DNA from: Podarcis cretensis
Lineage: Eukaryota
Assembly (NCBI GenBank): GCA_951804945.1
Contig: OX638157.1
Coordinates: forward strand, 36,456,001 to 36,520,000
Direction: 5' to 3'
DNA: 64,000 bases
Under the pieces are notes generated by a model that made no database searches, was not told the DNA's origin, and saw only the letters and a program-made list of their open reading frames with translations. The translations under genes and the position numbers were made by a program. Shown one piece after another: positions 26,979-37,302 of the stretch; the first letter of the stretch is position 1; every line of letters starts with the position of its first letter.

Positions 26979-29900
26979 CTAGAATAGAAAACACACAGTG
27001 AGCATATGTAGCTGCAGAAAGCAAACTTTGCCTTGATTACATGTGCTAGTTACATGCAGACTAGACTATTGTAATACACTGGTTGTACATGGGGCTGCCT
27101 TTGAAAATGGTTTAGAAACTTCCACTGCTGCAGAAGGCAGCTGCCCAGATTCTTGCAGGGATCAGGCATTGGGAACACCTAATACCCATATTTTACCAAT
27201 TGCATTATCTGCCAATTCATTTCTGTGCCCCATTTAAAGGACTGGTTTTGACACTTAACCTAGCCCTAGACAATGTAGGGCTTTATTTGAAGGACAGCCT
27301 ACACTCTCAGAAATCTGCCCAGGACGGAACATTGGCTTCAGAGGCCTGGCCTTGGTCCACCATCAGTATCTTATTGTGGGCACCAATGAGACATATTTTT
27401 CTGTCTTCCTCCCAAGGAATATTACCAGGGCTTTATTTTTTAATTTTTTCTGTTCTACCCCACTATTGATTAAAAGAGCTATGTTGGGTTTTACAGTTCA
27501 AAATTAATAAGAACAAATTAAACTAAAACCAGCAGTAAAGTAATGTGCTGGATTTTATTTTTAACCACTACTGCCTAGTTTTTGTAATTGTAGTTAGATT
27601 GCTTTTATGGAAATGGCTTTTAATTATTATGATGATTTTAAATAATATTTATATAGCCCAAATGTCTTCCTTACATATTCATTATTTGACTTACATATTT
27701 AGTAAATCCGAAATTAATTTTCAAGTAAAACAGTGAGAACACCTACATACCAGATGGAATGCAAACTAATTCCGCAATTTGTAGCTGGTCTTCATTAGAT
27801 TCTAGCCGTTCCTAAGAATGAAAGCATGAGATTGCTAAATAGGTTCACCTGAGAATAGCACTGATCTTAGAATGTGCAGTCTTCGAGACAAAAACGGTTT
27901 CATTTTGGAATTTGGCTACCAAAAGTAATTGCAATGGTATAATAATGAACAAGACTAAAAATAAAAAGTTCTGCAGTTCAAGAAAAAGAAGCTATTCGTC
28001 GTATAATGCCCAAGACAGTTTACCGTATTTTCCTTTACAAAAGTATTTCTTAATTTTTTTGCAGCTACCATCATCATAATTAAGATATTTATTTCAAACC
28101 ATTTACATTTAATAAACCTGATAACAAGCTGAACAAACATATCTAAGAGATGCATAAATATGGCACTTATCAAACAATGAGAGGTCATCCTTAGAAGTGG
28201 TAAATGCTACATAATTGACAAATCTTAAACACAAGCGGTGGCATTCACTCAGGGTACACTGACTGAAATTAATGGAACTTATTTAGTCAAGTTCATTAAT
28301 TTCAAAGGATCTACTCTGAATTAAACTTAGCTGAATACCACCCATAGAACTGTGAACCTAGTAAAAAACATTTCATGCACAGACCTGTCAAGAAAAACAT
28401 GCAGAAGGGGCAGTTATATACAATTTATACCCCACTCCTTAGGAAGTGCACAGAAGCTTATATAAGGATGGCAGTTATTTACCATCAAGCACTGATGAGG
28501 TTCATAGTTGTTTAGTGTATACAGTGCTATAATATGAGGTGTCCACAAATCATTTTTTTCCAAATGACAATTCAAAAAATTAGTTTTGTGTGCATTTTGG
28601 GCTTAACTAGTTGAAGAGGGGTGGGTTAAGGAAATACGGCAACGTCATATCAAACTGTCCAAAAATGTTTTTACAGAATCCCAAAAGGCTTTCCTTCCCA
28701 GTACAAGACAAGTAAACCCACCATTTTTAATGGCAATGTTGCTACTTACAAGTCCAGTGACACTGTCATAGCATGAACAACGTGGAAGACTTCGGCAACT
28801 CAAATAAGCAATAATCAGCACAATAAAAGCACTGAAAAGCGATGCAATCAGTAGTGTGATGTTGGCTCCTTCTACAAGTTTACCAAGCACAAATGCCTGC
28901 AACACAGAAAATGAGCACACACACCCTTTATCCAACCTTAGAAGTGGTGTGGGTATCGTTTTTAAAACACCTGGACATTCTCTTTTTTATATTTTAATTA
29001 TTTTACATGAAAAGGAATGACAAGTGAAAAACAACAATAAATAGTAATTGATAAATAGTTGAGGAACCACGTATATGATTTATACATATATACAAACTGA
29101 TGGTGTCAATTAATATCCTCAAATTGGGTGGATAAAATGAAAGTAATATATATAAGGCAGACCAAACCCTGATCTGCCCCCAGTGCCTGTGCCAGTAGGA
29201 GGCATCCTTTACTATGGAACTCCCAACAATACCTGCCATAAAAGGCATTTCAGGACCAAGAAGGGAGCAGAGTTGAGCCATCCAATGATTTTGCCTCTGC
29301 TGTGCCAGCCTGGACCTTGTTCAGTAAAGAAACACACAGAGATTTTCCTGCACCATCTTCTGCCCTAACTGATGTGAGTGACAGACCTTTGGGTGTGCTA
29401 GTTACTCTGTCGCTCCTAAACTGTGTGCAATGTATTCAAAAGGGCAGAAACTGGATAGTTTGATACTTACAACGGCTGGGTGATGATAAGAGGACACATT
29501 GTCAAACTCTTCATATTTTTCACCATACTCTAATGTTATAGACGTATAGATGATTACAAGTAGAGTGACGAAGCAGGAAAATACAGAAGCAATTATCATT
29601 GCATTCACCTGTACAAAAGGTATGGGGATAGAGAAGACCAGAGTTAAATTTGGGCTTCAAGTCAAAGGATGAAAAATAGTTCCACATATGCCTCTTATGC
29701 AATCTTTGTACACTACAGTAATTTATTTTCCAGAGTGTCTTTGAGGGAACATGCATTCACAATACAATTTCCGAAATGTGGGTATGAATCAGTGAAAATC
29801 AAACCTTTGCTTTCCCAATTACTGTAAATGGAAATCAACATACTTATATTTATATTTCATCTTGTGTTTTTAGGGAGTGTGTGAAGGTGTCTGATGTTTT

Positions 29901-32900
29901 AAGCCTATTCCCACACATGCCTTTCTTGGAAGCAAGATCAATTTAAATGTATGGGACTTTCTTAGAAGCAATAAAGCTGCCAGAAAGAATACATTTGAAC
30001 AAAAAGTACTGAGCAAAGATATCTGTGGATTTGGGCAATCAACAGAAGGGATGTTACCAAGGCAGCCAAGAAACCAAATAGGTAGAAACCATTCAGATTT
30101 TCTAGGAAAGCAGCATAGTGGATCAAAATAAGTTAAGTGGGGAATGTTGTGCTGCATTCATTAGAAAGAGATTGGCTGACCCAGCTGCTGGTCTGGTCTG
30201 TTCCACTTCTGAGTGAGCAAAGGACCCCTCCAGGAATCACACAAAATCACACAATTTGACATTACCATCCAGTCTAGATTTGAGAAGGTGATGGTGACCA
30301 GTTGCAGCAGAAAAAAGATGGTCAGCTGCTGTGTTTTCCCAGCAGGTTTTAGGCTTAACTAAGACCCATTTCTACTTCAGCCATTACAATCATCACCCAA
30401 GGTCAGTTAATGCTCAAAGTATGGATGATGTGCATGAATCTTTTAAACATCCATGTCTGGGAACTCCAATTATGGGTGTTTAAAAACATGCCCAAAAACT
30501 ACCATTGTGCTTGCTATGTAAAGGGGATTGAAGGCCAAAGGTGGAAAAGGTGGTTAGGAATTTTATTCCCTCCCCTTTAACATAAATAATAATTTTACAT
30601 ATGTATAGATAAAATTTGTGCCGTGTTTTCTAAAACATGTATATTCTTACCTTTCAACTGTAATGTGTTACTACAATCCAGCCATTTGGAGCAACACAGA
30701 GAGAATGATTGATGAATTTAGAGACAGACTGAAGAAATTTTGAACTGCTGTTGAAGTGGTCCTCCTTGAGACCTTTAATCTGTTGTGGTTTTTAAACTCT
30801 AAACCCCAAAATCGTACATGTATGATCACTTTAATTGTAGCCTATGATGTATATCTCCAAACACTTCAGGGCAGAGATTAAAGTTTGTTGTTGCTTTTTG
30901 TTGGCCTCCATCTGTCTCGAGGGACAATGGAGTGTGCCTTCGGGGGTGAAGTCAAACCACTGTGCAGCACCAAAGTGACCTCCCAGGGGTGCAAGCCTGG
31001 GCAGTGTGTATGGGGGTCCTGGGCTACCCATATGATAAGAACCTCCATCTCAGCCTTGTTGATGTGGTCCCAAATGAAAGTAGAGCAATATGTTTGGCAC
31101 CAACGTGGCTGCAAGAGTTGCTGGAAGGAGGCATACAAGGTGCCATCCAACCATCTTAGGGACTCCACTCCAGATTTTTGTAGAGTTTACTCTTTAGCCT
31201 TTTCTTTTCCCAAATATACCCTGCAAAGCAGCAGACATTTAGGATCAGAGTTTTCCTTCTCCTAGATGGGCTACTTTCCCATGTTGATGAGCCCCATCTG
31301 CCCCACAGACATGAAGTAAAAGTTATGTAAATAAAAGGTGTATGTATTTATTACTTATAGAAAGTCGGCTGTATGATTTGTCCCCATCCACTTTAAACAA
31401 AATACAATAGAAACATACCAAAACAGGATTCTTTCTCATTGAAGAAAACAAAGCCATAATTCCAGGAATAGCCATAAACTACAAAACAAAAGGTAAAGGG
31501 GATTAAGTTGGGGGGCAATGCCCAACTTTAGCATATAAAAAGAAGTGAAAAAACATTAACTTCAGGAAGATGAAAACAAACTACAGGTTTTATTTTATAG
31601 TTTTAACTGATTTTTACTTTTTTGTTACATCCCCGTAAACCACTTAGATATGATTGTAGTTAAGCAGTGTATAAATATACGGTAAATACACTGGTTGGCA
31701 AGTGGTTTCTAAGACACCAGCTCCCGATCAACAACCAGCAGATCTATGAAGCACAAAGGCTGAACGTGGTTTATTCCATAGTAAGTAAACATCTTTCCTT
31801 TAGGCACGATTTCAGAGAAGGTCATTTTGACACCAGAGAGGGAACGTAATTGTTCAGCTGGCTGTTAAACGTGGGCTGGAGATTCTTGGTCAATTTCACC
31901 AGATGCTTTTTCTTATATAGGTGAAAATGTGATTGACACATGAGGATAGTAAAGTAATCGACAGCTATCAGATCACTAGCCCGCCATGCTACAAGGGCAA
32001 GGAGTTGGGTATGTGAAACACACAAAGGAGGCATATTAGATGTGCACCTTTCAAAGTGTAAATCATACTTTCACCCATTGCATTTCTAACATTAGCTTGG
32101 GACCCAAGAAAAGAAAAAGTAAAAAAAATATTACAGCAAAGTGATTGTACCATAGTAAAATGCTGCCACTAAATTATTTGAAGTCACTACTAACAATCCC
32201 AGCTTCTTCTTGCTTGTAGCATCACCACCACAGCTCCCATGTACCACCCTAAAATAGTGTTTGTAATTACTACAATCAGCTAGTATAATCTGAACAGTTC
32301 AGCTTCTGCAATGCAATTTTCTCCCGGAAATCATTCACTTTTCTCAGTCCTGTTCTCCCCTCCTGAGGTAAAGTAGAGGTCCTACAAGTATCATCCACTC
32401 TCCCAATTAGCCCCACCCACTCAAAACACCAGCTTCACCTATGGGTGCCCCCTCCTTTCAACTTCACTAGCTAAATGAAATCTCCATGTTCAAAAGCAAA
32501 ATATTTCTGAATATCAAATGTGGAAAACAAACATGTCCCCCTCGTAAGTTCCTGCAGGCAAAAATGTAAGACAGTGCCGTCTTGTTATCAGCCCCACAAT
32601 TATGGAATTTCTTCTAACTCACAATTTGAGTTTTCAGCCCCAGGTGAAGAATCACTTATTTGCCCAGGCTTTTGGAGGCATCTACTACACTGTTGATTTG
32701 GATTTCTATTGGTTTTAATGTAACCTGCTTAGGGTTTGCCTTGGCATTTAAGAACAGGTGGGAAATAGTTTAAATATATAAACAGAAAAAACTTCCCATT
32801 GGCATTTGACTGGCCACAGCTGGAAATGGAGCACTGGAGAAGATGGAGATAAGCAACTAGCCTAAGACCACAAGCCATATGAAGTGCAAACACCATAAAT

Positions 32901-33795
32901 CATTTCCCCCTTCCAGTTATTTTATCTCCAAAAAACATTAAATTCTCCTATGTTTCCCAGGAGAAAGAAAAGTCCTCATTCTTCTCTCACCCAGACCAGT
33001 CCAGAGCATTCCTTCTGTGAGCCCGATCTTCAGCTCCCCCACTTCCAAATTGAGGAGATGCAAGTCAGATATCAAAGGCAGCTGCAGTCACACTTGCCCT
33101 CTAGGCCAGGCTTCCTCAACCTCAGCCCTCCCATGATCCTTAGCTAGCAGGACCAGTGGTCGGGGATGATGGGAATTGTAGTCTCAAAACATCTGGAGGG
33201 CTGAGGTTGAGGAAGCCTGCTCTAGGCTCTTACCACAAAACAACTAGGCCAGCACTCAGGGACGGCCCAAGGTGTTTCAGCACCTGAGACCAAATGCTCT
33301 GCTGTCACCCCTGCAATGGGGGAGGGACTCTTTAAGGGCATATTCTCAGCAACAGGGGTCTCCCAGCGGCTGGGCAAAGCCCCACGACACTGTCCAGCAG
33401 AGGGGGGAGGAGAGATCTGCTGGCTTGTGGAATATAGAACCACAAATTACCTAGAACAGTGAACAAATTCCCTGTATCATACTAAATTGTACAACCCTCC
33501 CTGCTGTACTTCCGAAATCTACTAAATACTTTTTTTATTGCAGCAAGCATTTCAATTGAAATTTGATTTTATAACTTTATACATTGTTAATAAAAAGGGT
33601 GTGTAGGGGGATAGAGTTTATATAGCTTACCACTCCAGCCCAGATGGGTATCCTAGATTTGCTCAGTGCTGAGTCCCTTCTGAAAGCACCATCAATTAAT
33701 CCACCGATGATACAAACTGTAGCACAAGCTATCTGGAGGAGCCCCAACAGAACCATACTTTTCTGATTGAAGATGAAATATCTGTAGCGATCCAT
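26875..33795 (-). CDS. Uncharacterised four-transmembrane CD20/MS4A-like protein, 224 aa, 6 coding exons, C-terminal PPPY motif
   Basis: complement(join(33795-33631,31478-31419,29608-29471,28896-28750,27811-27751,26978-26875)) = 165+60+138+147+61+104 = 675 nt, an open frame ending TAA. All introns are GT-AG with strong donors (gtaagc, gtatgt, gtaagt, gtaagt, gtatgt) and pyrimidine-rich acceptors; phases 0,0,0,0,1. Four hydrophobic segments, with LGLLQI and PIWAG motifs resembling CD20-family TM1/TM2. Confidence 0.88.
27040..27350 (+). mobile_element. Degenerate L2 LINE fragment
   Basis: LVTCRLDYCN motif and LHYLP...FKGLVLT, typical of the L2 ORF2 C-terminus. Confidence 0.7.
27751..27811 (-). 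CDS. MS4A-like gene coding exon 5 (61 nt, not in ORF track)
   Basis: ctttcattcttag|ERLESNEDQLQIAELVCIPS(G)|gtatgt. Confidence 0.8.
28750..28896 (-). CDS. MS4A-like gene coding exon 4
   Basis: tttctgtgttgcag|AFVLGKLVEGANITLLIASLFSAFIVLIIAYLSCRSLPRCSCYDSVTGL|gtaagt. Confidence 0.87.
29471..29608 (-). CDS. MS4A-like gene coding exon 3
   Basis: ttttgtacag|VNAMIIASVFSCFVTLLVIIYTSITLEYGEKYEEFDNVSSYHHPAV|gtaagt. Confidence 0.88.
30885..31305 (+). mobile_element. Interspersed repeat, possibly an RTE-clade LINE 5' region
   Basis: Contains gttttccttctcctagatgggctac...gatgagccccatctgccc, which resembles RTE-family 5' sequences; assigned by recollection only. Confidence 0.35.
31419..31478 (-). CDS. 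MS4A-like gene coding exon 2 (60 nt, not in ORF track)
   Basis: ccttttgttttgtag|FMAIPGIMALFSSMRKNPVL|gtatgt; completes TM2. Confidence 0.85.
33107..33219. mobile_element. hAT MITE with perfect 25-bp TIR and perfect 8-bp TSD
   Basis: CTCTAGGC|CAGGCTTCCTCAACCTCAGCCCTCC ... GGAGGGCTGAGGTTGAGGAAGCCTG|CTCTAGGC. Confidence 0.92.
33631..33795 (-). CDS. MS4A-like gene coding exon 1 (exon acceptor at 33821)
   Basis: tttgaacag|acgtgg...gaaATGG (strong Kozak); MDRYRYFIFNQKSMVLLGLLQIACATVCIIGGLIDGAFRRDSALSKSRIPIWAGV|gtaagc. Confidence 0.88.
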
Positions 33796-36419
33796 TTCAG
33801 CTAATCCACCAGTTGCCACGTCTGTTCAAATTGGGAAGAAGCACGGAGGTTGTTCAAGAGAAGGCTGCCCTTGTGGGTTTTCCTGAACAGAAGATGCAAG
33901 AAAACTCATAAGCACTTCAACAAGCATCATCTGACAAATTGTTCACATGCCTTTCCATTAATAGTATGGACAATCTTCCAATATCCAGACGCATTAAGCT
34001 TTGGATTCTCTGCATATGGAGAGAGCTGGACATCTTTATCCAGTAAATATGTAATTAGAAAACATAAACAAAAACTTAAATGGGCTGGGATGATGGCATT
34101 TTTTAAAAAAACAAAGACATATTTATATCTTTAGGAGATCCCTATATTTGATATCAATATAGAAAACATGGAACTTTCAGGTTTAAAATATACTGATGCA
34201 AAACTCAAATAGTTCATTTGTACCCATGTTTCCAAATAACAAAAGACAAAAGCAAACAAAATTCCAAATAATACAGATTTCTTATCTTCACACTTCCATT
34301 ATATGCAATAGATATCACCAGAAAAATACATTAGAGTTTTAAAAAATGAGAGAATCTGCAGATACAAGACTGTCAAGAAGAAATAGTTCTGTGCTTGCTG
34401 TGTGTTTGAGCCTTCCACCACAGTTTTGCTCTAGAGAATGGCTGGAAACAGATTTGCAGCTGAAAGGTCAGAGAGCACTGTGAGTTGGCTGAAGAATATT
34501 GAAGTACAGACTCTCTTGGGAGATTTGGTGTAAGATAATGGATAATGCTATGAAAGAGCACCTGTTTGCCTTCATTTCTGCTTTGCTTTTAGCTTGTAAA
34601 TAAGCTAAATATTATGAGGACACCCTCCAGAGCTCTCCTGTTCCAACAAACCCAGACACTGTAGCCATATCCCTGATACTTTTTTGTGGGATAACCAATC
34701 TCATATAACCGACATACTTAAGTCTAATTAATGCATGGAGGGCTTAGCTCACCTTAGAAGCGACTAGGTAATCAAACTTTTGTTTCCCTGCAGTCTACTT
34801 GAGAAGCTCACCATGTGAAGAGATTGCACTGGTCCTGCTCAACCGCATGGCTCTTACAGGACACTCATATTCACATATTAACAGTTTAGGAACTTTCACC
34901 ACTGCAACTAAGCCAGGTTTTACTGCCTGTGCAACCTTTTCTGAATGCTGTATAGAAAAGCACATGAATCTGACCTTTGGAGAGTTTGTAAGTAAACCAT
35001 TTTAACTTACCAAACATGTGGTAGTTTTCTTTGCTAGGAGAAGAGGGGCGTTTTAGAACTCCCAATCACCTATGTTAAAGGTTTAACAGCCTATATTTCC
35101 ATGTTTTACTTAGTGGCATATTTTGTTATTTTAAATCTGCTGAGGTTCTCTCACCGAAGAGTATTTGCCCTAAACTTTATCTTGGCATCCAGGAATTCTC
35201 CGTTCACATATCTATTTTTTCCTTGCACCAACACTTCTCACCACGCAGCAGTGGTGCAGTGAGATAAAGTCTTGTCCCAAGGGCACCACTGCCACTCTGG
35301 GAAGTGCAGTGCCATTATCAATTTTGAGGAATAGTCTTTGATCTAAGGAAAGCAAAGCAGCTGTACTTCTCTTCCTGCTCCTGCCCCATACAAGTGAGCT
35401 ACTGGCAATGGAAATATCTCTGTTAGTCTGTTGCAGGAAACACAAGAGCCTTCTGGCACCTTGAGTATTACCTAATTGACCAAGAAGTCCAATTTCCCCA
35501 CATGTGGCTTGAATTGAAATAATGGGCTATTATTCTCCTTCAAGTGTCAATTAAAGCAAACATTATATATAGCACAACTAACTTGTCATAAGGAGTGCTT
35601 TGTATCTAACCATTTTATGTATGTTTCCAGCATTAATCTTGTCATAGTGTGTATTTTTTGCCATTTCATTTCCCATTTTAACCTGTCTTACAGTTTACCC
35701 TCCTCCACCATACCATACACGTATATAAAAATTATACCTATTCCTGCCAATTTAGGAGAACGTGCATCTGATGAAGTGGACTCAGGTCTGCAAAAGCTTG
35801 GACCATAATATATCCATTAGTCTCCAAGTTGCCACAAGACTTGTTTTGGCACTGGGATGTGAAACTTGCCACGAGAAAGGGCAGCTCCACACTCAAAGGA
35901 TGAATTGTGTGTTGCATAATAGGAGACACTGTTATTGCTGATCTCTCTTGCAGAAAGTCCCCACCACCACCATCGAAAGCTAAGTTTGTGAATAATCCTT
36001 CTTTTTTTTGTTTTTAAAGTGTTTAGATATTTCAGAATCTACAGCTGCAGAATTATTTGTTATGGAACGTGGGAAGTGAAATAATCTAAGAAAGTTCTGT
36101 GTGTGATTGCAAAAGGAGGGGGAAAGTCAGTGGACTTTATACACTTCATGCAGGAGAAGCAGGTGAGAAGAGGGAAGGAGCACTTCAATTTCAGGTGCAC
36201 AGGAAGGGCAATTTATCAAAGCGGAATTCAGCTCGTTTGCTCTCTTTGGAAAGTACCTGGCTGCCTAACCTCAGCTCGCTCGCTCGCTCCCTCCCTCGGG
36301 CAATGAAGAGGAAGTTGGAGAAAGAGGAGACTTGAGCAGTTTGCACCTCAGGGCAACCACAGAGGAAGGAAAGCAAAACATACGCAATCCCAGAGTAGAA
36401 GAGAAAGGCACTTACTTAC

Positions 36420-36620
36420 CTCAGCCAGCTTTACCTCTTCCTCTTTATGAGAGACCCCTAGACAGGTGCGCTGGGGTGGGGATGAGTCACCCAGGGGCTG
36501 GCTCTGCCTTGAAAGCCCCATGCAGTTCTCACTGCAGCCTGCCCCACCCCTCTGTTGTTTCAACCAGCCCAACCCTCTGCAGGTGACAACCTTCCTTGTT
36601 GCCTCCCCGCTGCATGCTTT
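36420..36620 (-). promoter_or_regulatory. Candidate non-coding first exon / promoter of the MS4A-like gene
   Basis: Perfect donor GAG|GTAAGT at 36420/36419, locally GC-richer sequence, AP-1 site TGAGTCA at 36483-36489. Splicing to 33821 places an in-frame TGA upstream of the ATG. The 5' limit is a guess. Confidence 0.45.
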
Positions 36621-36717
36621 AACTCCTCATGTGCCGCCCTGTGGAAGTACTGGCTCCTCAAACAACCTAGGTTGATGGAGGGCACTTGGGAAGTTCCCCA
36701 AAGATGGCTTTTAACCG

Positions 36718-36744
36718 CTGTGTGTGTGTGTGTGTGTGTGTGTG
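36718..36744. repeat. (TG)n microsatellite
   Basis: Read directly. Confidence 0.95.
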
Positions 36745-36904
36745 TTGTGTTAAGCAGGGCTTACCCTGCTGGATAGTAAATTCTTATATTCTTACAATTT
36801 TGTGTCAGTTTATATAGACCTAGGTTACCATAGCCACACCCTTTTGCTTCATATTTCAGCCTCATCTCTAACTACTGAAGATAAATGAAAGTGAAATGGG
36901 ATGG

Positions 36905-36919
36905 ATAAATAATAATAAT

Positions 36920-36970
<51 letters not shown>

Positions 36971-37302
36971 TTATTAATACCCCACCCATCTGGCTGGGTT
37001 TCCCCAGCCACTCTGGGCAGCTTCCAACAAAATATTAAAATACTGTAATGCATCAAACATTAAAAGCTTCCCTAAACAGGGCTGCCTTCAGATGTCTTCT
37101 AAAAGTCTAGTAGTTATTGTTCTCTTTGACATCTAGTGGGAGGGTGTTCCACAGGGCGGGCGCTACTACCGTGAAGGCCCTCTGCCTGGTTCCCTGTAAT
37201 TTGACTTCTCGCAGTGAGGGAACCACCAGAAGGCCCTCTGCACTGGACCTCAGTGTCCGGGTAGAATGATGGGGGTGGAGATGCTCCTTCAGATATACTG
37301 GA
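36905..37302 (-). mobile_element. 5'-truncated L2 LINE with (AAT)n(AAC)n microsatellite tail
   Basis: Reverse complement of the same family as 13226-13640; ORF 37107..37310 encodes YLKEHLHPHHSTRTLRSS...APALWN. Confidence 0.85.

Noticed and set aside
32151-32248. Exon-like segment on the minus strand (VVHGSCGGDATSKKKLGLLVV...) inside the new gene
   Set aside because: Its open frame is incompatible with the phase-0 neighbouring exons and its donor is weak (gtacaa). The 31478-31419 exon fits properly.
36868-37056. Poly-Leu ORF (and the poly-Ile ORF at 13522..13719)
   Set aside because: Translation of microsatellite tails of L2 elements
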